The notes beneath the pieces are model-generated. The model ran no database searches, was not told the DNA's origin, and saw only the letters and a program-made list of their open reading frames with translations. A program made the position numbers and the translations under genes. DNA of 64,000 nucleotides from Betaproteobacteria bacterium. Its GTDB lineage: Bacteria; Pseudomonadota; Gammaproteobacteria; Burkholderiales; Thiobacteraceae. Positions 23,963 to 36,483 of the stretch are shown here, in pieces. The DNA is taken from the NCBI GenBank assembly GCA_025361165.1, contig JANYAU010000115.1:836-64835 (forward strand). Reading direction: 5' to 3'. Numbering within the stretch: position 1 is the stretch's first letter; each line of letters starts with the position of its first letter.

Positions 23963-24124
23963 GAGCCGGCATCCGGGGTAAATGGCCTATCGGCCATTAA
24001 ACATAACCACGACTTATGCAAAGTGCGGGCAGTCGCCAATCGAGTTGGCTTGATGCCCGCACCGCTCTGCGTCCTCCGGGTTCGCATAAGGGATGGTTAT
24101 GTCTGGTGCCCCGGATGCCTGCTC
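23963..24124. other. 160-nt multi-stem palindromic element (candidate structured RNA or MITE-like repeat)
   Basis: Outer stem 23963-23978 / 24109-24124 (15 of 16 bp). Hairpin 23981-23998. Stem 24001-24009 / 24094-24102 plus 24013-24019 / 24084-24090. Stem 24023-24030 / 24055-24062 enclosing 24035-24039 / 24045-24049. Confidence 0.5.
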
Positions 24125-24207
24125 GCACGCAAGACTTTGCCAGGCAGTATGTACGTGGCCATGGCGCATACCGTCGCCGCGTTAGGTTTTAAATGCTAGC
24201 GCTCATC

Positions 24208-24558
24208 TTAGCTACGTGCGGCCCCCTTCGCCGAACGCGCCATCTTCCCCAGCCACGAAAAAAGCATCGCAACCAAGGTCGGCAGATAGAACCACCATAT
24301 AGTTCCAAATATTCCATGAACAATATGAGGAAGCCACGTACGCAAGAATGCGCCTGCAGGCAGTGTATCGAGAATCCTCTCCAAGCCGACTATCACCGCA
24401 TAGGAGACAGGGAAGTCTATGGGCAACCAAAGAGCCCAAAGTAAGCGCGCCTGGCCATCTCCGGATGCGAGGTAGATGACGAACAAGCTAAACATCAATA
24501 GGTGAATTCCAGACAAGACCTGACACCGCGCTTTTGTGCGCGTTGGGCTGCATTTCAT
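24208..24558 (-). CDS. small integral membrane protein (cargo of the mini-element)
   Basis: 116-codon ORF with about 3 hydrophobic spans (LLMFSLFVIYL, FPVSYAVIVGL, IFGTIWWFYLPTLVAMLF). No family recognised. Confidence 0.5.
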   Translation of the reverse strand: MKCSPTRTKARCQVLSGIHLLMFSLFVIYLASGDGQARLLWALWLPIDFPVSYAVIVGLERILDTLPAGAFLRTWLPHIVHGIFGTIWWFYLPTLVAMLFSWLGKMARSAKGAARS

Positions 24559-24724
24559 TTAGCCCAACCTACGCGGGCTGAGACAGCAACGCCCGCAAGG
24601 GCGGGCGTTGGGTGAGATTTTTTATTCTTCAAATAGCAATAACACAATAACCAAAGCCTGACCCTCTTTCTCTCTTTCTTTTGACCCTTTCTGTTGCCAC
24701 AGCGGAGCGACCGGGGTTTTATTT

Positions 24725-25183
24725 CTAAAAGGAAGAACGGCGTTGACTGGCATCGGGGACGAGCCATGTGTCGATGATTTTGCCAACAACTGCAGGTGCC
24801 GCCACAAGCAATAACATATTGAGAAGATGAGGTGGGCTACGAAATATGCCGAAATAGACCAATACGTAATTGTGGCCATACGGATTATAGATGTAGTAGT
24901 AACCGAATATGGCCAACCCAATGAGCAAGCCTAGCCTGTAAAATAAGGCACGAACTATGGCGTAATTCAATAAGAAGAAGAAAGCGATATTTGCAGTTAC
25001 CGCGAGCAACATACGGGATATATACACAAGGTCTGACCTACCCTCACCCCAAAGCGCTACTTCTAATGCTAAGAGTTGCCGCATGATCACCACATAAGCC
25101 ACAGCAAGAGCCAGCTGAATGATGATCTGAATAGATGGATTGTTTAGCCGTGTGTGAGTCATATGCATAGCGATTTTTGGCAT
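24725..25183 (-). CDS. small integral membrane protein (cargo of the mini-element)
   Basis: 152-codon ORF with about 4 hydrophobic spans and visibly AT-rich codon usage relative to neighbouring core genes. No family recognised. Confidence 0.55.
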   Translation of the reverse strand: MPKIAMHMTHTRLNNPSIQIIIQLALAVAYVVIMRQLLALEVALWGEGRSDLVYISRMLLAVTANIAFFFLLNYAIVRALFYRLGLLIGLAIFGYYYIYNPYGHNYVLVYFGIFRSPPHLLNMLLLVAAPAVVGKIIDTWLVPDASQRRSSF

Positions 25184-25256
25184 TCTAATAAAATATGGTC
25201 TAGTTTGAACTTTGCCGCCTTAACTAGCCCTCGATATATCGGAAAAACTAGTATGA

Positions 25257-25394
25257 TCATAAAGCGGTAGGGGTCACATCTTGTATCTTGTATTTTAACA
25301 ACGATGCAAAATTTGATTTGATGCGAGCTAGCTTGCCGGAAAAGAAATCAAAGCAGAACGATAGCGCGCGCAGCAGCGCATACAAAACTTGCAT
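25257..25394 (-). CDS. 45-codon ORF, paralog of the N-terminus of ORF 483-830
   Basis: GGGGAGGG RBS, ATG 25394, TGA 25259-25257. Sequence MQVLYALLRALSFCFDFFSGKLARIKSNFASLLKYKIQDVTPTAL. By manual alignment, 23 of the first 36 residues match copy A, and six of those identical residues use synonymous codons. Confidence 0.4.
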   Translation of the reverse strand: MQVLYALLRALSFCFDFFSGKLARIKSNFASLLKYKIQDVTPTAL

Positions 25395-25515
25395 GATCCC
25401 TCCCCTGGATTTGGCGTGATGCGCGGCCGGGCTTCTTTTTGCTGAACCGGGTGGCCAGTGCGCACGATGACGTTATTCTCGGGCCATGCCGACGGGATTG
25501 TCAATGGGGATGATT
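25275..25515 (-). repeat. copy B of the promoter/leader/small-ORF module (copy A is at 721-946)
   Basis: See copy A. It lies inside the mini-element, reading inward from the glmS-proximal end. Confidence 0.8.
25475..25504 (-). promoter_or_regulatory. sigma70-like promoter of module copy B
   Basis: On the minus strand, TTGACA (25504-25499), an 18-nt spacer, then GAGAAT (25480-25475). Confidence 0.4.
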
Positions 25516-25621
25516 TAGGTATATTGTCAAAGAACAGCGTGTGAGACCGTTCTCTATCAATCGCTCAGGGAATTTTGCAAGAGGCGCAAGGAATAAAGGG
25601 GCTCTTGGCACCCCTTGGCCT

Positions 25622-25648
25622 ACGCGCCAACTTTATTTTGCGTCAACA
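25622..25648 (-). repeat. glmS-proximal terminal repeat of the mini-element (TGT terminus plus one intact TnsB-site-like repeat)
   Basis: The reverse complement reads TGTTGACGCAAAATAAAGTTGGCGCGT. A degenerate second site is at 25562-25580 and an oppositely oriented degenerate copy at 25586-25608. Confidence 0.7.
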
Positions 25649-25673
25649 AATCAGCTTCATACGCGCAACGAGT

Positions 25674-27500
25674 TTACTCCACCGTCACCGACTTGGCCAA
25701 GTTGCGCGGCTTGTCCACATCGGTGCCTTTTTTCAGCGCCGCATGATAGGCCAGCAACTGCACCGGCACCGCATGCACCACCGGCGACAACACGCCCATG
25801 TGGCGCGGCGTGCGGATCACGTGCACGCCTTCGGCTTCACCGAAGTGGCTGTCGAGATCGGCGAACACATACAACTCGCCGCCGCGCGCATGCACTTCCT
25901 GCATATTCGATTTTACTTTTTCCAACAACACGTCGTTGGGGGCGATCACCACCACCGGCATATCGCTGTCCACGAGCGCCAGCGGGCCATGCTTCAACTC
26001 GCCGGCGGGATAGGCTTCGGCGTGGATATAGGAAATTTCCTTGAGCTTGAGCGCGCCTTCGAGTGCGATCGGATAATGCAGTCCGCGCCCGAGAAACAGC
26101 GCGTGTTCTTTATGCGCAAAGCGCTCCGCCCAAGCTTGAATTTGCGGCTCCAAATTCAACGCATGTTGCACGCTGCCGGGCAGATGGCGCAAGGCCTCGA
26201 GGTGATCATGTTCTTGCTGCGGCGTGAGCCGGCCGCGGGTTTTCGCTAGCACCAGGGTCAGGATGAACAAGGCCGCCAATTGCGTGGTGAAAGCCTTGGT
26301 CGAGGCCACGCCGATCTCGGCCCCGGCGCGGGTGAAGAACGTCAACTTGGAGGCGCGTGGAATGGCGCTTTCGCGTACGTTACAAATCGAGAGCGTCTTG
26401 GTGTGGCCCAATTCTTTGGCGCGCTTTAAGGCTTCCATGGTGTCCAGCGTCTCGCCGGATTGCGAAATAGTGACGATGAGCTGCTTCGGATTCGGGATCG
26501 AATCGCGGTAGCGGTATTCATGTCCCAGTTCGACGTTGCACGGGATTTTTGCGATCGATTCCACCCATAAGCGCGCAACTTGTCCGGCGTAAAAACTGGT
26601 GCCCGCGGCGAGTATCAGCACGCTGTCCGCATCGCGCAACACCTCCTCGGCATCCGGACCGAACAAAGCTGGCGTCACGCCCTCGGCCAATACGCCTTCC
26701 AAGGTATCGGTCAGCGCGCGCGGCTGCTCGTGGATTTCTTTTTGCATGTAGTGCTGATACGGGCCGAGATCGACCGCATCGGCGGAAATTTCGGAGATGC
26801 GCACCGGGCGAGTGACAGCGTGGCCATCGCGATCGACGATGGTGATGGACTCGCTCGTGACTAAGGCCACGTCGCCTTCATCCAGATAGATGACCTTGCG
26901 CGTGGCGGAAATAATCGCGGAGACATCAGAGGCGAAAAAGTTTTCACCTTCTCCTACGCCGATCAGCAAGGGGCAGCCGACGCGCGCGCAACATACGATG
27001 CCGGGCATCTGTGGCGTGACCACACCAATGGCGTAGGCGCCCTCAAGCTCGCTCACAGCCTGGCGCGTAGCCGCGAACAAATCGTTCGATTGCTTGAAAT
27101 AATAATGAATCAGATGCGCGATGACTTCGGTATCGGTTTGCGACTCGAACACATAACCCAGCGCTTTCAAGCGCGCGCGCTGTTCCTCGTGATTTTCGAT
27201 GATGCCGTTATGCACCACGGCGATTTCGTTTTGCGAAAAATGCGGATGCGCGTTGTCTTCAGTGACGCCGCCGTGAGTGGCCCAGCGCGTGTGGCCGATG
27301 CCGATGAAGCCGGTCAATTGCTGCGCTTTGGCCTCGTTTTCCATTTCCACGACGCGCCCTACGCGCCGCACGCGCTGCAAGCCGCCATTGAGTACGGCGA
27401 TACCGGCGGAATCGTAGCCGCGGTATTCGAGGCGCTTTAAGCCTTCGATCAAAACCGGAACCACATCGCGCTTGGCGATGGCGCCAACTATGCCGCACAT
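25674..27500 (-). CDS. glmS: glutamine--fructose-6-phosphate aminotransferase
   Basis: 608 aa with an MCGIVG N-terminal nucleophile, SIS domains and the C-terminal KSVTVE. Confidence 0.98.
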   Translation of the reverse strand: MCGIVGAIAKRDVVPVLIEGLKRLEYRGYDSAGIAVLNGGLQRVRRVGRVVEMENEAKAQQLTGFIGIGHTRWATHGGVTEDNAHPHFSQNEIAVVHNGIIENHEEQRARLKALGYVFESQTDTEVIAHLIHYYFKQSNDLFAATRQAVSELEGAYAIGVVTPQMPGIVCCARVGCPLLIGVGEGENFFASDVSAIISATRKVIYLDEGDVALVTSESITIVDRDGHAVTRPVRISEISADAVDLGPYQHYMQKEIHEQPRALTDTLEGVLAEGVTPALFGPDAEEVLRDADSVLILAAGTSFYAGQVARLWVESIAKIPCNVELGHEYRYRDSIPNPKQLIVTISQSGETLDTMEALKRAKELGHTKTLSICNVRESAIPRASKLTFFTRAGAEIGVASTKAFTTQLAALFILTLVLAKTRGRLTPQQEHDHLEALRHLPGSVQHALNLEPQIQAWAERFAHKEHALFLGRGLHYPIALEGALKLKEISYIHAEAYPAGELKHGPLALVDSDMPVVVIAPNDVLLEKVKSNMQEVHARGGELYVFADLDSHFGEAEGVHVIRTPRHMGVLSPVVHAVPVQLLAYHAALKKGTDVDKPRNLAKSVTVE

Positions 27501-27502
27501 AA

Positions 27503-28882
27503 TTATTCTCCCTTAGGCTTCTTCACCGGCCGCTGCCAGCCCGCAATCGTCAATTGTTTTATTCGGGAAATCGTCAGCTCGCCCGCCGGCGCATCGCGCG
27601 TGATGGTCGATCCCGCGCCGATGGTGGCGCCGCGACCCACCGTCACCGGCGCCACCAATTGCGTGGCGGAACCAATGAACACCTCGTCTTCGATCACCGT
27701 ACGATACTTGTTCGCGCCATCGTAATTACAAGTGATGGTACCTGCGCCGATGTTCACTTTATTGCCTACCGTGGCGTCACCCACATAACTGAGATGGTTC
27801 ACCTTGCTGCCGGTGCCTATCTGGCTGTTTTTGATTTCGACGAAATTCCCGATATGCGCATCCGAAGCCAAAGCCGTGCCAGGGCGAATACGCGAGAAGG
27901 GTCCAATGCGGCAATCTGCCCCGATTTGCGCTTCTTCAATGTGGGTAAAGGGTTGGATTCGGGTACCGGTCGCGACCGTGACATTTTTCAACACGCAGTT
28001 TGCGCCGATGGCGACGTTATCACCCAGCGTTACCTGGCCTTCGAACACACAATTGACGTCAATGACAACATCTCGGCCACAACTTAATGCGCCGCGCACA
28101 TCCAGGCGGGCCGGATCCATGATCGTGACGCCAAGACCGGCGAGGGTTGAAGCATAGTTGCGCTGATAGATGCGCTCGAGTTCGGCCAATTGCAATTTAC
28201 TGTTCACGCCCAACACTTCCCATTCATGATGCGGATGCGCGGTCGCAACCGGCACGCCTTGTGCCACCGCCATGGCGATGGTGTCGGTGAGATAGTATTC
28301 ACCCTGCGCATTGTTGTTGGAGAGCTGCGCCAGCCAGCGCACCAGTTTTTCCGTGGGCGCGGCGATAATGCCGGTGTTTACTTCGTTAATTTTTTTCTCC
28401 ACGTCGGACGCGTCTTTTTGCTCGACGATACGCGTCACGCGTCCAGCGTTGTCGCGCACGATGCGGCCATAGCCCGTCGGGTCGGATAGCGCCACCGTCA
28501 ACACCGCCATGCCGTCGCTGCCCGCATGCCCCAACAGCCGCTGCAAGGTGTCTTGTCGCGTCAGCGGCACATCACCATACAACACCAATGTGACGCCATT
28601 CGTATCCAGGTGCGGCATGGCTTGCTGCAAGGCATGGCCGGTACCGAGCTGCTCCGCTTGCAGCGCCCAAGCGATATCGTCGCCTTGAATTGCCTGCGGC
28701 AGCGCATCGCCGCCGTAGCCATATACTACGCACAACTTGGCGGGCTTAAGCACCCGCGCCATATCCAATACATGCTCAAGCAGGGGCTTACCCGCGAGCG
28801 GGTGCAACACCTTGGGCAGATCGGAATGCATGCGCGTGCCCTTACCGGCGGCCAGGATCACAATGTTTAGTGGGGAAGTCAT
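27503..28882 (-). CDS. glmU: bifunctional UDP-N-acetylglucosamine pyrophosphorylase / glucosamine-1-phosphate N-acetyltransferase
   Basis: LAAGKGTRM motif and left-handed beta-helix hexapeptide repeats. ATG 28882 is preferred over the track start 28900. Confidence 0.97.
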   Translation of the reverse strand: MTSPLNIVILAAGKGTRMHSDLPKVLHPLAGKPLLEHVLDMARVLKPAKLCVVYGYGGDALPQAIQGDDIAWALQAEQLGTGHALQQAMPHLDTNGVTLVLYGDVPLTRQDTLQRLLGHAGSDGMAVLTVALSDPTGYGRIVRDNAGRVTRIVEQKDASDVEKKINEVNTGIIAAPTEKLVRWLAQLSNNNAQGEYYLTDTIAMAVAQGVPVATAHPHHEWEVLGVNSKLQLAELERIYQRNYASTLAGLGVTIMDPARLDVRGALSCGRDVVIDVNCVFEGQVTLGDNVAIGANCVLKNVTVATGTRIQPFTHIEEAQIGADCRIGPFSRIRPGTALASDAHIGNFVEIKNSQIGTGSKVNHLSYVGDATVGNKVNIGAGTITCNYDGANKYRTVIEDEVFIGSATQLVAPVTVGRGATIGAGSTITRDAPAGELTISRIKQLTIAGWQRPVKKPKGE

Positions 28883-28922
28883 AAAAATAGCGGCGCACAA
28901 ACGGATTAAGTTTCAGGATTAT

Positions 28923-28952
28923 AAACAAAAAAGGCAGCGTTGCCGCTGCCTT
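28923..28952 (-). terminator. rho-independent terminator after atpC
   Basis: On the minus strand, AAGGCAGCG-GCAA-CGCTGCCTT followed by TTTTTTGTTT. Confidence 0.8.
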
Positions 28953-28981
28953 TGGTGTCATGCGCTGACGCAGGAGTGGAA

Positions 28982-29404
28982 CTACTTTATCTTGCGCAAT
29001 TTGTGAATCGCGGCGAGTTGCGCCACGGCTTGCGCGAGTTCGATTTGGGCTTGGGCGATTTCCATTGCGCCGGTTTGGTTTTTCATCGCTTCTTCGGCTT
29101 GGCGCTTAGCTTCCAGTGCTTTGGCTTCGTCCAAGTCCTTGCCGCGAATACCGGTGTCGGACAGGATAGTCACCACGTCGGGCTGAATTTCCACTAGCCC
29201 GCCGTTGACGTAGATTAATTCTTCTTCCACCTGATCCGGCACTTTGACGCGCACCGAGCCGGGTTTGAGCCGCGTTACCAGCGGCGCGTGGCGCGGATAC
29301 ACGCCGAGTTCACCGCTCTCGCCGGGCACAATCACGAATTCCGCCGTGCCGGAGTAGAGCAGCGCTTCCGCGCTTACCACATCCACATGTATTGTCATGG
29401 CCAT
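28982..29404 (-). CDS. atpC: F0F1 ATP synthase subunit epsilon
   Basis: 140 aa, at the position after atpD, with a typical epsilon N-terminus. Confidence 0.95.
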   Translation of the reverse strand: MAMTIHVDVVSAEALLYSGTAEFVIVPGESGELGVYPRHAPLVTRLKPGSVRVKVPDQVEEELIYVNGGLVEIQPDVVTILSDTGIRGKDLDEAKALEAKRQAEEAMKNQTGAMEIAQAQIELAQAVAQLAAIHKLRKIK

Positions 29405-29415
29405 AGCTCCTGCCT

Positions 29416-30804
<1,389 letters not shown>

Positions 30805-30843
30805 CTAAATGACTAAGTTTGAATTCGTTAAAGCCGCTGCTGT

Positions 30844-31740
30844 TTATACCGCGGCTGCGCCGCCGACAATCTCGGACAGCTCTTTGGTGATCGCCGCTTG
30901 GCGTGTCTTGTTGTAGACCAGCGTCAACTCATCGATCAAGGTACCGGCGTTGTCTGAGGCCGCCTTCATCGCCACCATGCGCGCACTTTGTTCCGATGCC
31001 ATGTGCTCGGCCACCGCTTGATACACGGTGTATTCGACATAGCGGCGCAACAGCGTGTCGAGAATTTCTTTCGCATCCGGCTCGTAAATATAGTCCCAGT
31101 GATGTTCCCAGATGCCGAGCTTTTCATCGGTCTCGGTTTTGGACATGGCGTCCGGCCGATCGACGATCGGGGCCAACTGCAACACCACCGGCTCTTGCTT
31201 CATGGTGTTCACGAATACCGTGGAAACCAAATGCAGCTCGTCGATCTCGCCCTTGAGAAAATTCTCCAACATGACTGTCACCGGTGGCAGCAGTTTTTCC
31301 ATGTGCGGCGTGTCGCCCATGTGCGTGAGATAAGAGGCAATGTTGGCGTTCATGCGCTGCATGAAACCAAAGCCCTTGCCGCCGATGGCGCACACTTGGA
31401 CTTTTTTACCGGCTTGATCCCACTCTTTGTACTTGTTCAAGGCCAAACGCAACACGTTGGTGTTCAATCCGCCGCACAAACCTTTGTCGGAGGTGACTAC
31501 AATCAGGCCAACATTTTTCACCTGCTCGCGCTGTTGCAACAAGGGGTGGTGATATTCCGTTTTCGCGTGGCTCATGCGCCGCATCACAGCACGGATCTTG
31601 GCGCCATAGGGGCGCGCGGCGCGCATCCGTTCCTGCGCTTTGCGCATTTTGGAGGCGGCCACCATTTCCATGGCCTTAGTGATTTTCTTCGTGTTCTTGA
31701 CGCTATTGATCTTGACACGAATTTCACGACTGCTCGCCAT
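30844..31740 (-). CDS. atpG: F0F1 ATP synthase subunit gamma
   Basis: 298 aa with N-terminal [23 protein letters not shown]. Confidence 0.97.
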   Translation of the reverse strand: MASSREIRVKINSVKNTKKITKAMEMVAASKMRKAQERMRAARPYGAKIRAVMRRMSHAKTEYHHPLLQQREQVKNVGLIVVTSDKGLCGGLNTNVLRLALNKYKEWDQAGKKVQVCAIGGKGFGFMQRMNANIASYLTHMGDTPHMEKLLPPVTVMLENFLKGEIDELHLVSTVFVNTMKQEPVVLQLAPIVDRPDAMSKTETDEKLGIWEHHWDYIYEPDAKEILDTLLRRYVEYTVYQAVAEHMASEQSARMVAMKAASDNAGTLIDELTLVYNKTRQAAITKELSEIVGGAAAV

Positions 31741-31752
31741 CGCCGTAATCCT

Positions 31753-33294
31753 TTAGTAGCTGCCGGTGATCTTGAACTCGTCGAGCGCGGCGATGAGTTC
31801 TTTTTCCGTCGCTTCGTCGAGATCTTTAGTGCTGGTGATCTTGTCGAGAATGTTCGGATACTTGCTCTTGATGAAAGCGTACACCGCGGACTCGTAGGCC
31901 AGCACCTTCTTCACGTCCACCGCGTCGATATAACCACGGTTCACTGAGAACAGCGACACCGCCATTTGCGCCACGCCCATGGGCGAGAACTGCGCTTGCT
32001 TCATTAACTCCGTGACGCGCTTGCCGCGCTCCAACTGGTTGCGGGTCGCTTCGTCCAAGTCGGAGGCGAATTGCGCAAACGCCGCCAACTCGCGGTATTG
32101 CGCCAGCGACAGACGCACGCCGCCGCCCAGTTTTTTAATCACTTTAGTTTGCGCTGCGCCACCCACGCGCGACACCGAAATACCGGCGTTGATCGCGGGC
32201 CGCACACCGGCGTTGAACAAGTCGGTTTCCAAGAAAATCTGGCCGTCGGTAATCGAAATCACGTTGGTCGGCACGAAAGCGGTCACGTCACCGGCTTGGG
32301 TTTCGATCACCGGCAGCGCGGTGAGCGAGCCAGTCTTACCTTTAACCGCGCCCTTGGTGAATTTCTCCACATATTCTTCGTTCACCCGCGCGGCGCGCTC
32401 CAACAAGCGGCTGTGCAGATAGAACACGTCGCCGGGATAGGCTTCGCGGCCCGGCGGGCGGCGCAGCAGCAGGGAAATTTGGCGATACGCCCAGGCTTGC
32501 TTGGTCAGATCGTCATAGATGATCAGTGCGTCTTGGCCGCGGTCGCGGAAGTATTCGCCCATGGCGCAACCGGCGTAAGGCGCGATGTATTGCATCGCGG
32601 CAGAGTCGGACGCGGTGGCGGCGACGACGATGGTATATTCCATCGCGCCGTATTGTTCGAGCTTGCGCACCACGTTAGCGACGGTCGAGGCCTTCTGCCC
32701 GATCGCCACGTAGATGCACATCATGTCCTGGCCTTTTTGGTTGATGATGGCATCCACCGCCACCGCCGTTTTACCGGTTTGACGATCCCCAATAATCAAT
32801 TCGCGCTGGCCGCGGCCGATCGGCACCATGGAGTCGATGGCTTTCAAGCCGGTTTGCACCGGCTGCGACACCGATTTGCGCTCGATTACGCCCGGCGCAA
32901 TTTTTTCCACCGGCGAAGTTTCTTTGGCGTTGATCGGGCCTTTGCCGTCAATCGGCTGCCCCAACGCGTTGACTACACGCCCCATGAGTTCCGGGCCGAC
33001 CGGCACTTCCAGAATGCGGCCGGTGCATTTCACCGTGTCGCCTTCGGTAATATGTTCGTATTCGCCCAACACTACCGCGCCCACCGAATCGCGCTCCAGG
33101 TTCAGCGCCAGGCCGAAAGTGTTGCCAGGGAACTCCAGCATTTCCATCGCCATCACATCGGACAAGCCGTGCACGCGCACGATGCCGTCGGTGACGGAAA
33201 CGATAGAACCTTGGGTGCGGGTGTCCGCGCCAGTTTCCAGGCCTTGGATTTTATTTTTAATCAGCTCGCTGATTTCAGACGGATTGAGTTGCAT
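31753..33294 (-). CDS. atpA: F0F1 ATP synthase subunit alpha
   Basis: 513 aa with GDRQTGKT Walker A. Confidence 0.98.
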   Translation of the reverse strand: MQLNPSEISELIKNKIQGLETGADTRTQGSIVSVTDGIVRVHGLSDVMAMEMLEFPGNTFGLALNLERDSVGAVVLGEYEHITEGDTVKCTGRILEVPVGPELMGRVVNALGQPIDGKGPINAKETSPVEKIAPGVIERKSVSQPVQTGLKAIDSMVPIGRGQRELIIGDRQTGKTAVAVDAIINQKGQDMMCIYVAIGQKASTVANVVRKLEQYGAMEYTIVVAATASDSAAMQYIAPYAGCAMGEYFRDRGQDALIIYDDLTKQAWAYRQISLLLRRPPGREAYPGDVFYLHSRLLERAARVNEEYVEKFTKGAVKGKTGSLTALPVIETQAGDVTAFVPTNVISITDGQIFLETDLFNAGVRPAINAGISVSRVGGAAQTKVIKKLGGGVRLSLAQYRELAAFAQFASDLDEATRNQLERGKRVTELMKQAQFSPMGVAQMAVSLFSVNRGYIDAVDVKKVLAYESAVYAFIKSKYPNILDKITSTKDLDEATEKELIAALDEFKITGSY

Positions 33295-33302
33295 AGCTAC
33301 TC

Positions 33303-33839
33303 CTAAGATTTAAGCGCAAACGCCATTTTTTGGAGCTGACCGGCTACCGAGCCGTCAATCACCACATCGCCGACCGTAATGCGCGCGCCGCCGAGCAGGC
33401 TGGCATCCACTTCGGTCGTCGCTTTTACCTTGCGACCGAAACGATGCTCGAGACCCGCGACCAGTTCTTGCTTTTGCGCGTCGCTAAGCGGAAAGGCGGA
33501 GGCGATCATGGCCTCCACTTCGCCTTGATGCGCACGCTTTAATTCTTCATACAGCGCGGCGATCTGGGGCAACGGTTGCACGCGATCGTTCTCGATCAGC
33601 AGCTTGACGAAATTTTTACCCTGCTCGTTGAGCTCGGTATCGCACACCCCGAGAAACACCCGCGTCACATCCGCCGCGCCCATATTGGGGTCAGCGATGA
33701 GCGCAGTCATTTGCGGGTCTTGCGCCACCGCGGCCGCCACTTGCAGCATGCGCGACCAGGCATCGAAAGCGTTGGCTTCCTGCGCCAAACGGAACACCGC
33801 TTCGGCGTAGGGGCGCGCGATGGTGACCAATTCAGCCAT
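33303..33839 (-). CDS. atpH: F0F1 ATP synthase subunit delta
   Basis: 178 aa, OSCP-like, at the expected operon position. Confidence 0.93.
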   Translation of the reverse strand: MAELVTIARPYAEAVFRLAQEANAFDAWSRMLQVAAAVAQDPQMTALIADPNMGAADVTRVFLGVCDTELNEQGKNFVKLLIENDRVQPLPQIAALYEELKRAHQGEVEAMIASAFPLSDAQKQELVAGLEHRFGRKVKATTEVDASLLGGARITVGDVVIDGSVAGQLQKMAFALKS

Positions 33840-34309
33840 TACAGTTCCTTCTTAATGGCTTCGAGCAATTCGGCGTGGGCTTTGGCATCAATTTCGCGGC
33901 GCAGGATTTTTTCCGCACCGGCCACGGCGAGTTGCGCGACGCTCTCGCGCAGTGTTTCGCGGGCGCGGGTGGCTTCCTGGTCGATTTCGGCGTGGGCAGC
34001 CACGATCAGGCGATCGCCTTCGGCTTTCGCGTTGCCTTTGGCTTCGTCGACGATCTGGGCCGCGCGTTTTTCCGCTTGCGCGATCACTTCCGCCGCTTTT
34101 TCCTTGGCTTCGCGCAGGCTGTCGGTGGCGCGCTTGGCGGCCAACTCCAACTCGGTCTTGCCGCGTTCACCGGCGGCCAGGCCGTCGGCGATTTGCTTTT
34201 TGCGGGCGGCCAGGGCGTTCATGATGGGCGGCCACACGAACTTCATGCAGAACATCACGAACACGAAAAACGTGATCGTCTGTCCGATGAGAGTGGCGTT
34301 AATGTTCAT
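33839..34309 (-). CDS. atpF: F0F1 ATP synthase subunit B
   Basis: 156 aa with an N-terminal TM and a long charged helix. Confidence 0.93.
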   Translation of the reverse strand: MNINATLIGQTITFFVFVMFCMKFVWPPIMNALAARKKQIADGLAAGERGKTELELAAKRATDSLREAKEKAAEVIAQAEKRAAQIVDEAKGNAKAEGDRLIVAAHAEIDQEATRARETLRESVAQLAVAGAEKILRREIDAKAHAELLEAIKKEL

Positions 34310-34318
34310 GCTCTACCC

Positions 34319-34603
<285 letters not shown>

Positions 34604-34614
34604 TTAAATCGGGA

Positions 34615-35861
<1,247 letters not shown>

Positions 35862-35970
35862 TCGAGCCAGGCCTTAAAGCGCCCGGGCTAGGAAAAGCCC
35901 AAGATTATAGTTCGAAGAGGGGTTTAGCGTCAAACCGGCCGGGGTTTTACTGCCCGGCTTTGCCGCCGCA

Positions 35971-36390
35971 TTATTTGCTTTTGGGCCGATGCTCAAATGC
36001 GCCCGGCATCGGGCTGGTTGGTTCGCGGCTGGCGCCGGCTTCTTTTAGACGTTCTAAGTAGCGTTCCCACAGTGTCGTTTGCTGCGTACCCAACTCGTAG
36101 AGGTAGACCCAGGAATAAATGCCGGTGTTGTGACCATCGGCAAAGGCCAAGTTTACGGCATAGGTGCCGACTGGCTCGACCTGGGTGATTTCCGCGTCAA
36201 TTTTGCCGATTTGCAGCACTTCTTGGCCAGGGCCGTGGCCGCGGACTTCGGCCGAAGGCGAGTACACGCGTAAGAATTCGCAGGGTAAGTTAAAGCGGCT
36301 ACCGTCAGCAAAAGCGATTTCCAGCAGGCGAGATTTTTGGTGCAGCTTGATTTCAGTGGGCTGCGGCGTTGCTTGATCCAATCCAGCCAT
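35971..36390 (-). CDS. DUF971 (gamma-butyrobetaine hydroxylase N-terminal-like) protein
   Basis: 139 aa with L.I.F.DG....L..E.LR..SPSAEV and Y.W..LY, typical of DUF971. Confidence 0.8.
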   Translation of the reverse strand: MAGLDQATPQPTEIKLHQKSRLLEIAFADGSRFNLPCEFLRVYSPSAEVRGHGPGQEVLQIGKIDAEITQVEPVGTYAVNLAFADGHNTGIYSWVYLYELGTQQTTLWERYLERLKEAGASREPTSPMPGAFEHRPKSK

Positions 36391-36483
36391 GACAATTCCT
36401 TCTCAAACAAAACAATATGATACCCGAGACCGGGTGCGGCCGAAAACGATACGGCCAATAGGGATTTGCCCATCCACAGCCCG

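Larger units (their letters stand above)
23752..25648. mobile_element. non-autonomous Tn7-like miniature element inserted at attTn7 downstream of glmS
   Basis: Terminal inverted repeats TGTTCGCACAAAATAAAGTTGG (23752-) and TGTTGACGCAAAATAAAGTTGG (reverse complement of -25648). Three TnsB-site-like direct repeats sit at the distal end. TCAGC flanks both ends. The right terminus is 25 bp from the glmS stop. No tns genes lie inside. Confidence 0.75.

Noticed and set aside
23963-24124. Palindromic element considered as an integron attC site (ACATAAC...GTTATGT resembles the R''/R' cores)
   Set aside because: The ATAAC/GTTAT pair is internal to a longer outer stem rather than terminal. GTTATGT deviates from GTTRRRY. 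No integrase or attI is nearby. I kept it as an unclassified structured element.
24555-24921. Track ORFs of 70 and 99 aa between or overlapping the two cargo membrane genes
   Set aside because: One overlaps the better 152-aa ORF in another frame. The other spans a polypurine tract and hairpin, has a Lys/Arg-rich nonsense-like translation and has no RBS.
25541-26249. Long plus-strand ORFs (167 and 224 aa) in the ORF track
   Set aside because: They lie entirely antisense to glmS, whose translation is unmistakable. They have Arg/Ala/His-rich low-complexity translations typical of the antisense frames of GC-rich genes.
27498-27505. Possible regulatory RNA (glmS ribozyme-type) upstream of glmS
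   Set aside because: The glmU stop is 2 nt from the glmS start codon, so there is no room for a leader. Such ribozymes are also not expected in this lineage.
30988-33313. Plus-strand ORFs of 319, 411 and 161 aa
   Set aside because: They are antisense to atpG, atpA and atpH and have no recognisable motifs. The same reasoning applies to the many other shadow ORFs opposite gltB, gltD, priA, argS, ptsI and the FAD/Fe-S gene.
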